64,000 nt of DNA, taken from assembly GCA_965262725.1 (NCBI GenBank), contig OZ253555.1, positions 960,001 through 1,024,000 on the forward strand, written 5' to 3'. Source of the stretch: Dehalococcoidia bacterium. Its GTDB lineage: Bacteria; Chloroflexota; Dehalococcoidia; UBA2979. The notes under the pieces were generated by a model. The model worked only from the letters and a program-made list of their open reading frames with translations. It was not told the origin of the DNA and ran no database searches. Below are positions 41,006-50,997 of the stretch, piece after piece (positions within the stretch are counted from its first letter, which is position 1; each line of letters begins with the position of its first letter). The position numbers were made by a program, and so were the translations under genes.

Positions 41006-42319
41006 GTGCTGCGTCGCCTCCTGCCCGGCGTCTACGAGGGCTGGATCGTCGCCGGCACGGCCGGCTTCCTCTCGATGACGGTGGCGGCCGTCTTCTTCTA
41101 CGGCTTCGGGACGCTCTTCAATCCGATCCGCGAGGAGTTCGGCTGGAGCGCGGCGACCACGGCGCTCGCCTTCTCGCTGCGCGCGGAGGCGCAGGGGACG
41201 GCGGCGCCGCTCGTGGGGATGGCCATCGATCGGGTGGGGCCGCGACGCGTGCTCGTCGTGGGGATCGCGGTCTCGGCGTCGGGTGTGCTGCTGCTCTCCA
41301 TGATGCAGGCGCTCTGGCAGTTCTACGCCACGATGCTCGTGCTCTCCGTGGGGATGGGTGCCGTCGGCGGCCAGGTGGGCATTACGGCAACAGCGACCTG
41401 GTTCCGCCGCAGGCGGGCACGGGCGATCGGCCTGGTGATCCTCGGCCCCGGTTTTGCCGGCCTCTTCGTCGCCGCCGTGGGGGCGCTCGTCGATGGCCTC
41501 GGCTGGCGCGCGGCGCTGCGGCTGCTCTGCGCGATCTTCATCGTGGTCGCCGTCTTCGCCGCGCTCCAGGTGCGCTCGCGCCCGCGCGATCACCCGCAGC
41601 CGCTCGACGGACTGCCCGATGTCGATGGCGGCGAGCAGTCCGTCGCCGCGGGGGCCGAGTGGGGGATGCCCCTGCGGGCGGCGTGGCGCACGCGCGCCTT
41701 CCTCTTCACCTCCTTCGGACAGGGGGCGACGTTCTTCGCCTCGACTGCGGTCATCGTGCACCAGATCCCCTACCTCGAGTCGCTCGGCATCGCCCCGGCG
41801 GTCGCCGCCGCCTCGGTGGCCGCGTTCACGCTCGGATCGATCGGAGGGCGCGTCGGATTCGCGCTCATCGCCGATCGCTACGAGAAGCGCTTCCTGCTTG
41901 CCATCGCCGGTGCCGTGGTGGTGGCGGGGATGCCGCTGCTCGCCGCCGCAGAGGGGCTCATTCAGGCCTCCGTCGCGGTCGGGATCGTCGGCGCCGGCGT
42001 GGGCGGGACGCTGCCGACGAGACCGGCGCTGCTCGCCGACTACTTCGGCACGAGGCACTTCGGCGCCATCCTGGGGCTGGGGATGACGCTGCTCACTCTC
42101 GGCGCGGTCGTGAGCCCGTGGATGGTCGGCTGGCTCGTCGACCGAACCGGCGAGTACACGCTCGGGTGGATCGCGTGCGGGCTCGTCGCCACGCTCGCGA
42201 TCCCGCTGATGCTCTTCGCGTCGCCGCCGGACGTACGGCCCTACCGCCGCGTCGCCACCGGCGGTGCCGCGCCGGGCGGCAGGGAGGAGAGCGCCATGTC
42301 CGGGGACCACCGGCGCTGA
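41006..42319 (+). CDS. MFS transporter (OFA/monocarboxylate-like)
   Basis: About 12 hydrophobic segments; GMAIDRVGPRRV motif A; WFRRRRARAIG; DYFGTRHFG. Confidence 0.9.
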   Translation: MLRRLLPGVYEGWIVAGTAGFLSMTVAAVFFYGFGTLFNPIREEFGWSAATTALAFSLRAEAQGTAAPLVGMAIDRVGPRRVLVVGIAVSASGVLLLSMMQALWQFYATMLVLSVGMGAVGGQVGITATATWFRRRRARAIGLVILGPGFAGLFVAAVGALVDGLGWRAALRLLCAIFIVVAVFAALQVRSRPRDHPQPLDGLPDVDGGEQSVAAGAEWGMPLRAAWRTRAFLFTSFGQGATFFASTAVIVHQIPYLESLGIAPAVAAASVAAFTLGSIGGRVGFALIADRYEKRFLLAIAGAVVVAGMPLLAAAEGLIQASVAVGIVGAGVGGTLPTRPALLADYFGTRHFGAILGLGMTLLTLGAVVSPWMVGWLVDRTGEYTLGWIACGLVATLAIPLMLFASPPDVRPYRRVATGGAAPGGREESAMSGDHRR

Positions 42320-42329
42320 CCGCGCTCCC

Positions 42330-43400
42330 TCATCTCGTCTGGTTCTCCATGAGCGGCACGAAGGCGTCGATCGCCCGGTAGAGGTCCTCCTCGCTCTCGA
42401 GCATCCTCCGCTCCCGCTCCTCCGGCGCTGCGTACGAGTCGTGGAGGGGGTAGAGGAGCAGCATGTCGGCGCGCCCCTCGAAGCGCTCTCGCGCCATCTC
42501 CCGGAGTTCGGCCGGCGTCCCGATCAGACAGACCTCCTCGGCCATGCTGTCGGTCACGATCGCCTCCATCGCCGAGCCGTCGATCGGTGCGCCGGACGCC
42601 TGGGCGCGTTCCCACACCGCCCGGATGGCGTCGCGCTCCTGCGACCAGCCGTGGAGTTCCATGAAGCCGCCGTAGGCGCGCGTCGAGTAGTAGTTCGCGA
42701 GGTTGCGCTTCGCCCGCCGGTAGCCCTCCTCGCGCGTCGCGCCGCCCCCGACGACCCACACCATCGGCATCGCGCAGAGCTCGAAGTCGTCCCGCCGCCG
42801 GCCTCCGCGCTCCAGGCCGCGCGAGACTTCCGGCAGCACGACCTCGTCCATCCAGCGGACGCTGAAGATCGGGTGGCCGACCAGGCCGTCCGCCACCTCG
42901 CCCGCGACCCGCAGGTTGAGGGGATTCACTCCGGAGAAGTGGATGGGAGGCGCCGGGACCGCGCGATGCCGAGCCCGGAGGCTGAAGCCGCCGGGCGGAT
43001 CGGCGCTGTAGAACTCGCCCTGGTAACGCCCCTCGGTCATCAGCGCGCGGATTGCCCGGATCATGTCGCGGGCCCGCGCGGCGGGTCGCTGAAGGTCGAC
43101 CCCAGCCATCCGCCGCACCTGCCCCTTCGTCTGCGAACCGAGGCCCAGAACGAAGCGGCCGCCCGACATCTCCTGCAGCGCTATCGCGGTGGAGGCGTGG
43201 AGGTAGGGCGTGCCCTGGAACATCGGGATGATGCCGGTCCCGACGCGTATCCGCTCGGTCGCGTCGATCACGCGCATCGCGCCGATGTAGAAGCCGCCGG
43301 TCGGAAAGAACGCCGAGTCGAGGCCGGCTCGCTCCGCGGCGCGCGCGAGGGGCACCATCTCCGAGGAACGCGTCCCGACAATCTGTATCCCGATGCGCAC
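42330..43400 (-). CDS. LLM class flavin-dependent oxidoreductase (paralogue of 38751-39803)
   Basis: ATERIRVGTGI, SGGRFVLGLGSQTKGQVR, SGVNPLNLRVAGEVADG..HPIFS. Confidence 0.87.
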   Translation of the reverse strand: MRIGIQIVGTRSSEMVPLARAAERAGLDSAFFPTGGFYIGAMRVIDATERIRVGTGIIPMFQGTPYLHASTAIALQEMSGGRFVLGLGSQTKGQVRRMAGVDLQRPAARARDMIRAIRALMTEGRYQGEFYSADPPGGFSLRARHRAVPAPPIHFSGVNPLNLRVAGEVADGLVGHPIFSVRWMDEVVLPEVSRGLERGGRRRDDFELCAMPMVWVVGGGATREEGYRRAKRNLANYYSTRAYGGFMELHGWSQERDAIRAVWERAQASGAPIDGSAMEAIVTDSMAEEVCLIGTPAELREMARERFEGRADMLLLYPLHDSYAAPEERERRMLESEEDLYRAIDAFVPLMENQTR

Positions 43401-43510
43401 CCGAGCCCCCGTTCACCCTCGCCGCCGCCGAACGCTATGTCGGGCCGTCGCCGACCGGGCGGGGTTCCGTTGCGGGCGTCACGCGCCACCGACCCGTGCG
43501 GAGGCCACTC

Positions 43511-44737
43511 CTAGCCGCGGGGCAGGCCCAGACCGCGCGTCGCGATCACGCCGCGCTGGATCTCCGAGCTCCCGGCGGCGATCGTCGCGGGGATGCTGCG
43601 CACGTAGTCATGCGTGAACGACGCCTCCATCGGCGCGAGCGGCTCCTCGGGATCCCACAGGTTCGCGTAGAGCCCGAAGACCTTCATCCCGGTGCGGTCC
43701 ATCCGCTGCCCCGCCTCCGAGCCGAACATCTTCGCGATCGAGGCTTCGTAGTTGGGGACGCCGCCGCTGGACTGAATCGTCACGATGCGCAGCGAGAAGC
43801 CGAGCATCACCTCGGCTTCGACCGCGCGCTCCGCGAGCTCCTGCCGGACGGAGTCGAGCTCGCCGAGGCGCGCCACGGGCCGCCCCGCTCCGGTGGCGTG
43901 GGCCGCGAGACGCCGGATCCGCCGCCGCAGCTCGATCGCGCCGGTGATGTTGGAGCGCTCGTTGTCCAGGAGCGTCATCGCGACGTACCAGCCGCGGTTC
44001 TCCTCGCCGACGATCTGATCCGACGGCACCCGCACGTCCTCGAAGAAGGTCTCGTTGATGTGGTGCCCCCACCCCGCGTCGATGAGAGGACGCACCGAGA
44101 CGCCGGGCGCATTCATCGAGGAGAGCAGCAGCGAGATGCCGCGGTGCTTCGGCGCATCCGGGTCGGTGCGGACGAGCAGCGCGATCCACGAGGCGTAGTG
44201 CCCGAAGGAGGTCCAGATCTTCTGCCCGTTCACGACGTACTCGTCGCCGTCGCGCACCGCCCGTGTCGCGAGCGAGGCGAGGTCGGAGCCGGCCCCCGGC
44301 TCGGAGAAGCCCTGCGCCCAGACCCCCTCACCGCGCAGGATCGAGGGGAGGAATCGCCGCTTCTGCTCGTCGGTCCCGTGCACGATCAGGGTCGGGCCCA
44401 GCATCGAGATGCCGACGTTGCTGCCCACAGGCGGCGCGCCGCCGGCCGCCATCTCGGCCTTGAGGATGTACTGCTCCATCGCGGAGAGACCGCCGCCGCC
44501 GTACTCCGCGGGCCAGTGGGCGGCGACCCAACCCTTGCGCGCGACCGCGGTGAACCACGCGTTCGCCGCGTCGCGCAGGACGGCGTCGTCGGAGGTGGAG
44601 TCCGTCTGCCACGGGAACCCGCTCTCGCGGAGGTCGTGCGTCGCACGCTCGCGGTAATGGTCGGGGAGCTCCTCGTCGATCAGCTGGCGAACCTCAGCGC
44701 GAAAGCGTCCCTGCTCGGTGGTGTCGTCCCAGTCCAT
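43511..44737 (-). CDS. Acyl-CoA dehydrogenase
   Basis: WAQGFSEPGAGSDLASL, NGQKIWTS, NETFFEDVRVP, TIAAGSSEIQR. Confidence 0.92.
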   Translation of the reverse strand: MDWDDTTEQGRFRAEVRQLIDEELPDHYRERATHDLRESGFPWQTDSTSDDAVLRDAANAWFTAVARKGWVAAHWPAEYGGGGLSAMEQYILKAEMAAGGAPPVGSNVGISMLGPTLIVHGTDEQKRRFLPSILRGEGVWAQGFSEPGAGSDLASLATRAVRDGDEYVVNGQKIWTSFGHYASWIALLVRTDPDAPKHRGISLLLSSMNAPGVSVRPLIDAGWGHHINETFFEDVRVPSDQIVGEENRGWYVAMTLLDNERSNITGAIELRRRIRRLAAHATGAGRPVARLGELDSVRQELAERAVEAEVMLGFSLRIVTIQSSGGVPNYEASIAKMFGSEAGQRMDRTGMKVFGLYANLWDPEEPLAPMEASFTHDYVRSIPATIAAGSSEIQRGVIATRGLGLPRG

Positions 44738-44896
44738 CTCACGCTCCTGGCTGCGGCGGCGCGGTGGCCGGGGCGCCTGTCGGCACCGTCCCGTGCCCAT
44801 GCGCCGACTATAACGTGCGGCGAAGGTGCCGGTCGCCGGGTGCGGGGCGCGGGGACTACGCTGGCGCCCCGGGGAGGCGTCGCTAGGAGGGCTCCG

Positions 44897-45679
44897 ATGG
44901 CCTACGAGTTCGCGATCTACGAGAGGCGGCCCGCCGAGCACCTGGCCGTCATCACGATGAACCGGCCGGAGGTGATGAACGCGCTCCATCTCCCGGCGAC
45001 GCTCGAGTTCACGGAGATCTGGGACGACTTCGCCGCCGATCCGGATCTGTGGGTCGCGATCCTCACCGGCTCGGGCGAGCGGGCGTTCTCCGCGGGCAAC
45101 GACCTGAAGTACCAGTCGGCCCCCGACGATCCGCCGCGCCCGCCGACGGGATGGGGAGGGCTGCTGACGCGCTTCGACCTCTGGAAGCCGACGATCGCGG
45201 CCGTCAACGGCTGGGCGATGGGCGGGGGGCTCGAGATCGCGCTCGCCTGCGACATCATCATCGCCTCGGAGACCGCGCGTCTGGGGATGCCGGAGGTCCG
45301 CATCGGCGGCGCGCCGAGCGAGAGTGGTGGCGCCCACCGGCTCCCGCGCCAGATCCCCTCGCGCATCGCGATGGGAATGCTTCTCACCGGACGCCCGATC
45401 TCGGCCGCCGAGGCATATCGCGTCGGCCTGGTCAACGAGGTCGTCCCGGCCGATCAGCTGATGGCGGCGGCGGAGCGCTGGGCGGCCGCGATCGCGGAGG
45501 CGTCGCCGCTCGCCGTCCGCGCGGTGAAGGAGGCCGCGCTCTCTGGCGCGGACCTCCCGCTTGAGACGGCGATGGCCGTCGACTACCCGGGGATCGACCG
45601 GCTGCGCGAGTCGGCCGACCGCGTCGAGGGTCGGCGGGCCTTCCGCGAGAAGCGCGAGCCGAGCTGGTCGGGCCGGTAG
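44897..45679 (+). CDS. Enoyl-CoA hydratase/isomerase (both catalytic Glu present)
   Basis: NRPEVMNAL, FSAGNDL, GGGLEIALACD, MPEV; AGGAGG RBS. Confidence 0.92.
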   Translation: MAYEFAIYERRPAEHLAVITMNRPEVMNALHLPATLEFTEIWDDFAADPDLWVAILTGSGERAFSAGNDLKYQSAPDDPPRPPTGWGGLLTRFDLWKPTIAAVNGWAMGGGLEIALACDIIIASETARLGMPEVRIGGAPSESGGAHRLPRQIPSRIAMGMLLTGRPISAAEAYRVGLVNEVVPADQLMAAAERWAAAIAEASPLAVRAVKEAALSGADLPLETAMAVDYPGIDRLRESADRVEGRRAFREKREPSWSGR

Positions 45680-45741
45680 CTGGGCGCGCTGCGCCGGCGG
45701 GGCCGCTATGATTCGCACCTGACCGGCGTGAGGGGGCTGAC

Positions 45742-48192
45742 GTGTCGCTCCTCGACGGCCTTCGCGTCATCGACCTGTCGAGCGGGCAGGCCGGCGGGAT
45801 CGCCACGATGGTGCTCGCCGACTACGGCGCCGACGTCATCAAAGTCGAGCGCCCGGGCGGCGATCCGGCGCGTGCCCAGGCCGCGGCCCCGATGTGGCTG
45901 CGGGGCAAGCGCAGCGTCGTCCTCGATCTCCACGAGGGGTCGGCGCGCGCGCAGCTGGCCGAACTCGCCTCCGGGGCCGACGTCGTGTTCGCGAGCTACC
46001 GACCCGGCGTCGCCGATCGCCTCGGCGCCGACTACCAGACGCTCGGTTCTTTCAACCCCTCCCTGATCTACTGCTCGATCACGGGCTTCGGCCCCACCGG
46101 GCCCTATGCCGGCTACCGCGGCTACGAGTCGGTGGTCGCGGCGAAGAGCGGCCGCATGCTGATGTTCGAGGGGCAGGTCGACCGCGACGGCCCCGCCTAC
46201 GCGGCCGTCCCCGTCGGGACGCACGTGGCGGCCCAGTCGGCGATCGCGGCGGTCGTCGCGGCGCTCATAGCCCGCGAGCGGGACGGCCGCGGGCAGCTCG
46301 TGGAGACGAGCCTCCTGCGCGGGATGGTCCCGTTCGAGATGGCGGGGTTGCTCTACTGGCAGCTCCACCGCCGGGATCCGGCGTCCTTCCCCGCGCTCGG
46401 GGAGAGGTCGTTCGGTGCCCCGCCGCGCGTCGGCTTCGATCCCTACCCGGCGCGCGACGGCGGGTGGATCCAGTTCGCGTGCATCGTCGAGCATCTCTTC
46501 GACTCGCTGATGGCCGCGCTCGGACTGACCAAGCAGCGCGCTCGCCTCGGCCTCCTCGGCGCACCGGCGGATCTCGACGCCGAGCGGCTCGAGCGGTTGC
46601 GCGATCTCGTCGCGGCGCGCATCGGCGAGCGCGACGCTGATGAGTGGATGGAGCTCTTCGTCGCGGACGGGAACGTTGCGGCCGATCCCTGGCTGACCAC
46701 GCAGCAGGCCCTCGACCATCCGCAGATCGTGCACAACGGGGAGGTCGTCACGCTCAGGTCCTCCCGGCTTGGGGAGACGCGGCAGCTCGGCCCCCTCGCG
46801 TCGATGCCGGCCACCCCCGCCACACCGGCGGCGTGGTACGCGCTACCCGGCGAGCACCAGAACGCTGACTGGCGCGATCGCACCGCCGTTGCTGTGCCCC
46901 GGGTGCCCACCGATGAGCCCGACGCCACCCCGCCTCTCGACGGGGTGACGGTGCTGGAGTTCGCCTCGGTCGTCGCGGTGCCGTTCGCGACGACGATCCT
47001 CGCCGATCTCGGGGCGCGCGTGATCAAGGTCGAGCCGGTGGAGGGCGACACTTTCCGCGCGGGCGGGAGCCCCGGCGCCGGCACGTCGCGGGGACTCGGA
47101 GCGCTCAAGACGACGGTGGGCAAGGAGAGCATCTGCGTCGATCTGAAGTCGCCGGCGGGGCGCCGGATCGTCGCCGGGCTCGTGGAGCGCGCCGACGTGG
47201 TCGTGCACAATTTCCGCCCGGGCGCCCCCGAGCGCCTCGGCATCGGCTACGAGCAGCTCTCCGTCCGCCATCCGCGACTCGTCTACCTCTCGGCGATGGG
47301 CTACGGGACGGATGGTCCCCACGCGCACAGGCCCACGGCGCACCCGGGACCGGGGGCGCTGCTCGGGGGAGCGCATGCGCAGGCCGGCGGCCGCCTCCCC
47401 CAGCCGCGGGATGCCGACGAGGTGCGCCTTGCCAACGCGCGGCTGATGCAGGCGAATGAGTTCAGCCCGGACCTCAACGCGGGAGCTGTGGTGGCGTCGG
47501 CGGCGCTGCTCGGGCTCTACGCGCTGCGCACGCGCGGGGTCGGGCAGCACATCCGGGTCACAATGCTCGGCGCCAACGCCTACGCGAATGCCGACGACTT
47601 CGTTTCCTACGCGGGGAAGGCGCCCCGCCCGCTGCCCGATTCCGAGATGCTCGGTCTCTCGGCCCTGCATCGCCTCTACCGGAGCGGCGGAACGCGCACG
47701 GAGGGCGGTGCGTGGCTCTTCCTCGCCTGCCCCACGGAGGGTGAGTGGAGCGCGCTCGTTGGCACACCCGGCTTCGAGCGGCTCGCCGCCGATCCGCGCT
47801 TCGCCAGCGCCGAGGGTCGCCGGCGGCACGACGGGGAGCTGGGTGCCGCGCTGGGCACGGTCTTCGCGACGAGGAGCGCCGACGAGTGGGAAGAGCTGCT
47901 GAGCGGGCGCGACGTCGCCTGCGTGCGCGCGGACGGCGGCGTGCCGGGTCTCTTCTGGGAGAGCGATCCCCACGTCCGTTCCACCGGATTGACCGTGGAG
48001 GCGAGTCACCCGCGCTGGGGCGTATATCGCCGCTACCCTCCACTTCAGCACCTCACCAGGACGCCGGAGCGGCCCCGGGGCGGCGTGCTCGGGGGCCAGC
48101 ACGCGCGGGCAATTCTTGGGGAACTCCGCTGGGACGCTTCGGCCGTGGACGGACTCTTCGAGCAGGGCGTCCTCACCGAGCTCGACAGGTAG
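45742..48192 (+). CDS. Two-domain (fused) type III CoA-transferase
   Basis: Two CaiB/BaiF repeats: LADYGADVIKVE..RGKRS and LADLGARVIKVE..GKES. Confidence 0.9.
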   Translation: MSLLDGLRVIDLSSGQAGGIATMVLADYGADVIKVERPGGDPARAQAAAPMWLRGKRSVVLDLHEGSARAQLAELASGADVVFASYRPGVADRLGADYQTLGSFNPSLIYCSITGFGPTGPYAGYRGYESVVAAKSGRMLMFEGQVDRDGPAYAAVPVGTHVAAQSAIAAVVAALIARERDGRGQLVETSLLRGMVPFEMAGLLYWQLHRRDPASFPALGERSFGAPPRVGFDPYPARDGGWIQFACIVEHLFDSLMAALGLTKQRARLGLLGAPADLDAERLERLRDLVAARIGERDADEWMELFVADGNVAADPWLTTQQALDHPQIVHNGEVVTLRSSRLGETRQLGPLASMPATPATPAAWYALPGEHQNADWRDRTAVAVPRVPTDEPDATPPLDGVTVLEFASVVAVPFATTILADLGARVIKVEPVEGDTFRAGGSPGAGTSRGLGALKTTVGKESICVDLKSPAGRRIVAGLVERADVVVHNFRPGAPERLGIGYEQLSVRHPRLVYLSAMGYGTDGPHAHRPTAHPGPGALLGGAHAQAGGRLPQPRDADEVRLANARLMQANEFSPDLNAGAVVASAALLGLYALRTRGVGQHIRVTMLGANAYANADDFVSYAGKAPRPLPDSEMLGLSALHRLYRSGGTRTEGGAWLFLACPTEGEWSALVGTPGFERLAADPRFASAEGRRRHDGELGAALGTVFATRSADEWEELLSGRDVACVRADGGVPGLFWESDPHVRSTGLTVEASHPRWGVYRRYPPLQHLTRTPERPRGGVLGGQHARAILGELRWDASAVDGLFEQGVLTELDR

Positions 48193-48211
48193 GGGCGCCG
48201 GCAGGACCGAC

Positions 48212-49735
48212 TCAGGCGCCTAGCACGGCGCGCGTGCCGGACCAGACCGCGGCGCGCGTGCCCAGGCACGCGGCGCCGCGCCCCCAGGCGCTGAGCCGCT
48301 CGTCGAACACGATGCCGGTCTCGACCTCCGCCACGTGGACGCACGGGGCGAACTCGAGGAGCTCTCGTTGCACATCGTGGTAGTGACGCGGCTGCTCCTC
48401 GGCGGGCGCCCCGCGCACCTCCTTGAGGCGCTCGGTCCAGCGGCGATCGCGGAACCACAGGGGATCTCTTAACCCCGCCGGCGGGTCGTAGTCGTGGCCG
48501 AGTTCGTAGCCCGGCTCGTTCACCGCGTGGCTGCACTCGCTCTTGAACCACATCGGCGCGGCGACAGTGTCGGGCGGCGGGCGCAGCAGCCTCACCTCGG
48601 CGTTCACGCCGATCGAGGCGAGCGCCGGCCGCACGATCTCGGCGAAGCGTAGCGACTCCGGCGTCGGATCGATGTAGAGCTCCGTCTCGACGCCCTGCGG
48701 GTAGCCGCTTGCGGCGACGAGGCGCCTCGCCTCGCGCTCGTCGGTCTCGTAGCGCCGGAGATCGGGCGCGTGGAGGCTCGTTGCGCTGCTCACGGGGCCG
48801 TGGCTGCGGCGGCCGTATCCTCCGTAGACATCGCGCAGGATCCGCTCGTAGGGGAGCGCGAGCCTAACCGCCTGCCTCAGCCAGTGGTCATCGAAGGGCG
48901 GCTCCCGGAAGTTGAACTCCAGCGTGGAGTGGTTGTAGCGGGCGCGACGCAGCTCCACGCCCGGACGGCCAGCGAAGCGCGCCAACTCCTCGGGGTAGAG
49001 TCCGAACAGAGCGTTGACGTCGCCGCTCTCGAAGAGCCCGAGTGCCTGCTCGCGGCCGTCCACGCCGAGCTGCACGACGGCATCGAGCCCGGGCCGCCCC
49101 GCCCAGTAGTCCGCGTGCGCTCGGAGCTCGATCACGTCGTCCGTCTGCTCAGCGAGGACGAAGGCGCCGAAGCCGGCCGGGTGCTGCTCCAGCCAGCGCA
49201 CGGCCCATGGATCGTCCTCCGTCGCGTGCGCCCGCGCCTCCACGGCGTCAACGATCAGGTTCGAGGGGAAGACGAGATAGGAGGGAAACTGCGGGTTGGG
49301 CCGGGCCAGCTCGAACGAGACCGTGTAGCGGTCGGTGGCGATGATGGCCTCGGGGCCGGGCAGCCCGCCGATGCGGCGCAGCCGCCATCGCCCCAGCGCC
49401 CGCAGCTCGAGAGATCGCGCGAGCCCCCAACGCACGTCCTCCGACGTCAGCTCGTGTCCGGCGGCGCTGCGCACGCCGGGCCGGATCGAGACGGTCCAGC
49501 GGCGGGCGCCTCGTGAGCCCTCCCAGCGTGTCGCTAGGCGCGGCTCCGGCGCGCCGGTGAGCGGAGTCCACACGCCGTCCGCGTCGGGGGCGATGTGTGG
49601 GAAGGCGAGTGGCTCCCAGATGAGGTGCTGCGTGGGGTTATAGGTCACGCGGTGGCTGTCGTTGTCCCAGCCCTCGCCGGCGATGGGCCGCGCGACGGGG
49701 AAGACCAGCGTCCGGGGCGATGGGGCGAGCGACAT
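48212..49735 (-). CDS. Family 5 (peptide/nickel) ABC substrate-binding-like protein, no evident signal peptide
   Basis: PRLATRW, GHELTSEDV.W, AGFGAFVL, PPFDD..LRQAV..ALP. Confidence 0.78.
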   Translation of the reverse strand: MSLAPSPRTLVFPVARPIAGEGWDNDSHRVTYNPTQHLIWEPLAFPHIAPDADGVWTPLTGAPEPRLATRWEGSRGARRWTVSIRPGVRSAAGHELTSEDVRWGLARSLELRALGRWRLRRIGGLPGPEAIIATDRYTVSFELARPNPQFPSYLVFPSNLIVDAVEARAHATEDDPWAVRWLEQHPAGFGAFVLAEQTDDVIELRAHADYWAGRPGLDAVVQLGVDGREQALGLFESGDVNALFGLYPEELARFAGRPGVELRRARYNHSTLEFNFREPPFDDHWLRQAVRLALPYERILRDVYGGYGRRSHGPVSSATSLHAPDLRRYETDEREARRLVAASGYPQGVETELYIDPTPESLRFAEIVRPALASIGVNAEVRLLRPPPDTVAAPMWFKSECSHAVNEPGYELGHDYDPPAGLRDPLWFRDRRWTERLKEVRGAPAEEQPRHYHDVQRELLEFAPCVHVAEVETGIVFDERLSAWGRGAACLGTRAAVWSGTRAVLGA

Positions 49736-49797
49736 GCGGGACCCTCTCTCGCCGCGCGCTCACGGGTACACACGGTACAGTGCCCGGGGCGGTGACG

Positions 49798-50997
49798 ATG
49801 GTGCGGGCGAGCGCATCCGGGGATCCCGGCAGCGGGCCTCCGTTCGCAGGGCTGCGGATCGTGGAGCTCGGCGGCGCGGTGCCCTCGGCCGCGGCGACGA
49901 AGCGCTTCTCCGATCTCGGCGCCGACGTGGTCAAGGTGGAGCCGCCCGGCGGCGCCCCCCTGCGCCGCCTGCGGCCGTTCCCGGAAGACCGGCCGCACCC
50001 CGAAAGCGGGGCTTTCCACACGGCGCTCGATACCGGGAAGCGCTCGCTGCTGCTCGATACGCGGACGCCGTCCGGTCGGGAGGTGCTACGGCGGCTCGCC
50101 GCAACCGCCGATCTGCTCGTCTCCGATCTCCCGGTCGGTCAGGCGCGCGCCCTCCGGGATCTGCTCGATGACCGGGAGTCCGGACCGAGCATCGTGGCAA
50201 TCACGCCGCACGGCCTGGATGGGCCGTTCGCAGGGCGCCGCGAGAACGACGCGTCGCTCTTCGGCTGGTCGACGCGCGCCTTCAACCAGCGACTCCCCGG
50301 CGTCCCGGATCGCGGTCCGCTCCGCTACGCCCCGTTCCTCGCCGAGGTGCAGGTGGGTGCGACCGCGGCTGCCGTCGCGGCTGCCGTGGTGTGGGCCCGC
50401 CGGCGGGACGGTGTCCGCCGCTTCGTCGATCTCTCGGCGGTCGAGGCGCTCACCGGGAATGTCGACAGCGCGTTCTTCCTCTACGCGATGACGGGGACCG
50501 CCGAGACCTACCCCCGCCCGACGGACACCGGGGCGCGCACGTACCCCTGCCGCGACGGCCACGTGCTCATGCTGCAGGTGGACCGGGAGCCTGCTCGTTC
50601 CCGATTGCGCGTGCTCGTGGGCGCCGGCGGGCCGGGGGAGAGCGGCGACTCCCCGGTCGAGGAGCTGCTGCGGCCGTGGCTGGAGGCCCGGACGAAGCAG
50701 GAGGCCTTCGAGTCGCTGCAGGAGGCCGGCGTGATCGCGGCGCCGATCCTCGACGCCTCCGAGCTGCTCTCGGATCCGCAGGCGGTCGCCCGCGGCTCGT
50801 ACGTGCGTGTGCCGCACCCCACGCTCGGCGAGATGACCATCGCGGGGCCGCCGTTTCGCGTCGCCTCGGGCGACGGGGGAGGCTGGGCGGCGCGCCCTGC
50901 CCCCGCCCTCGGCGCCGATACGGCCGTGCTCCTGAGCGAACTCGGGTATGCGCCGGCAGAGCAGATCGCGCTCGCCCGCGCGGGCGTCGCGCTGTGA
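49798..50997 (+). CDS. Type III CoA-transferase, partner subunit lacking the catalytic Asp (paralogue of 37440-38600)
   Basis: GLRIVELGG, KRFSDLGADVVKVE, AFH.ALDTGKRS, LFGWSTR, PLRY.PF. Confidence 0.88.
   Translation: MVRASASGDPGSGPPFAGLRIVELGGAVPSAAATKRFSDLGADVVKVEPPGGAPLRRLRPFPEDRPHPESGAFHTALDTGKRSLLLDTRTPSGREVLRRLAATADLLVSDLPVGQARALRDLLDDRESGPSIVAITPHGLDGPFAGRRENDASLFGWSTRAFNQRLPGVPDRGPLRYAPFLAEVQVGATAAAVAAAVVWARRRDGVRRFVDLSAVEALTGNVDSAFFLYAMTGTAETYPRPTDTGARTYPCRDGHVLMLQVDREPARSRLRVLVGAGGPGESGDSPVEELLRPWLEARTKQEAFESLQEAGVIAAPILDASELLSDPQAVARGSYVRVPHPTLGEMTIAGPPFRVASGDGGGWAARPAPALGADTAVLLSELGYAPAEQIALARAGVAL

Noticed and set aside
39824-42381. 828-aa (-) and 773-aa (+) alternative-frame ORFs
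   Set aside because: Arg/Gly/Pro-rich with no motifs, and they overlap well-supported genes
43496-45718. Apparent 727-aa and 735-aa overlapping proteins
   Set aside because: Divergent acyl-CoA dehydrogenase and hydratase genes, each extended through the other's antisense frame
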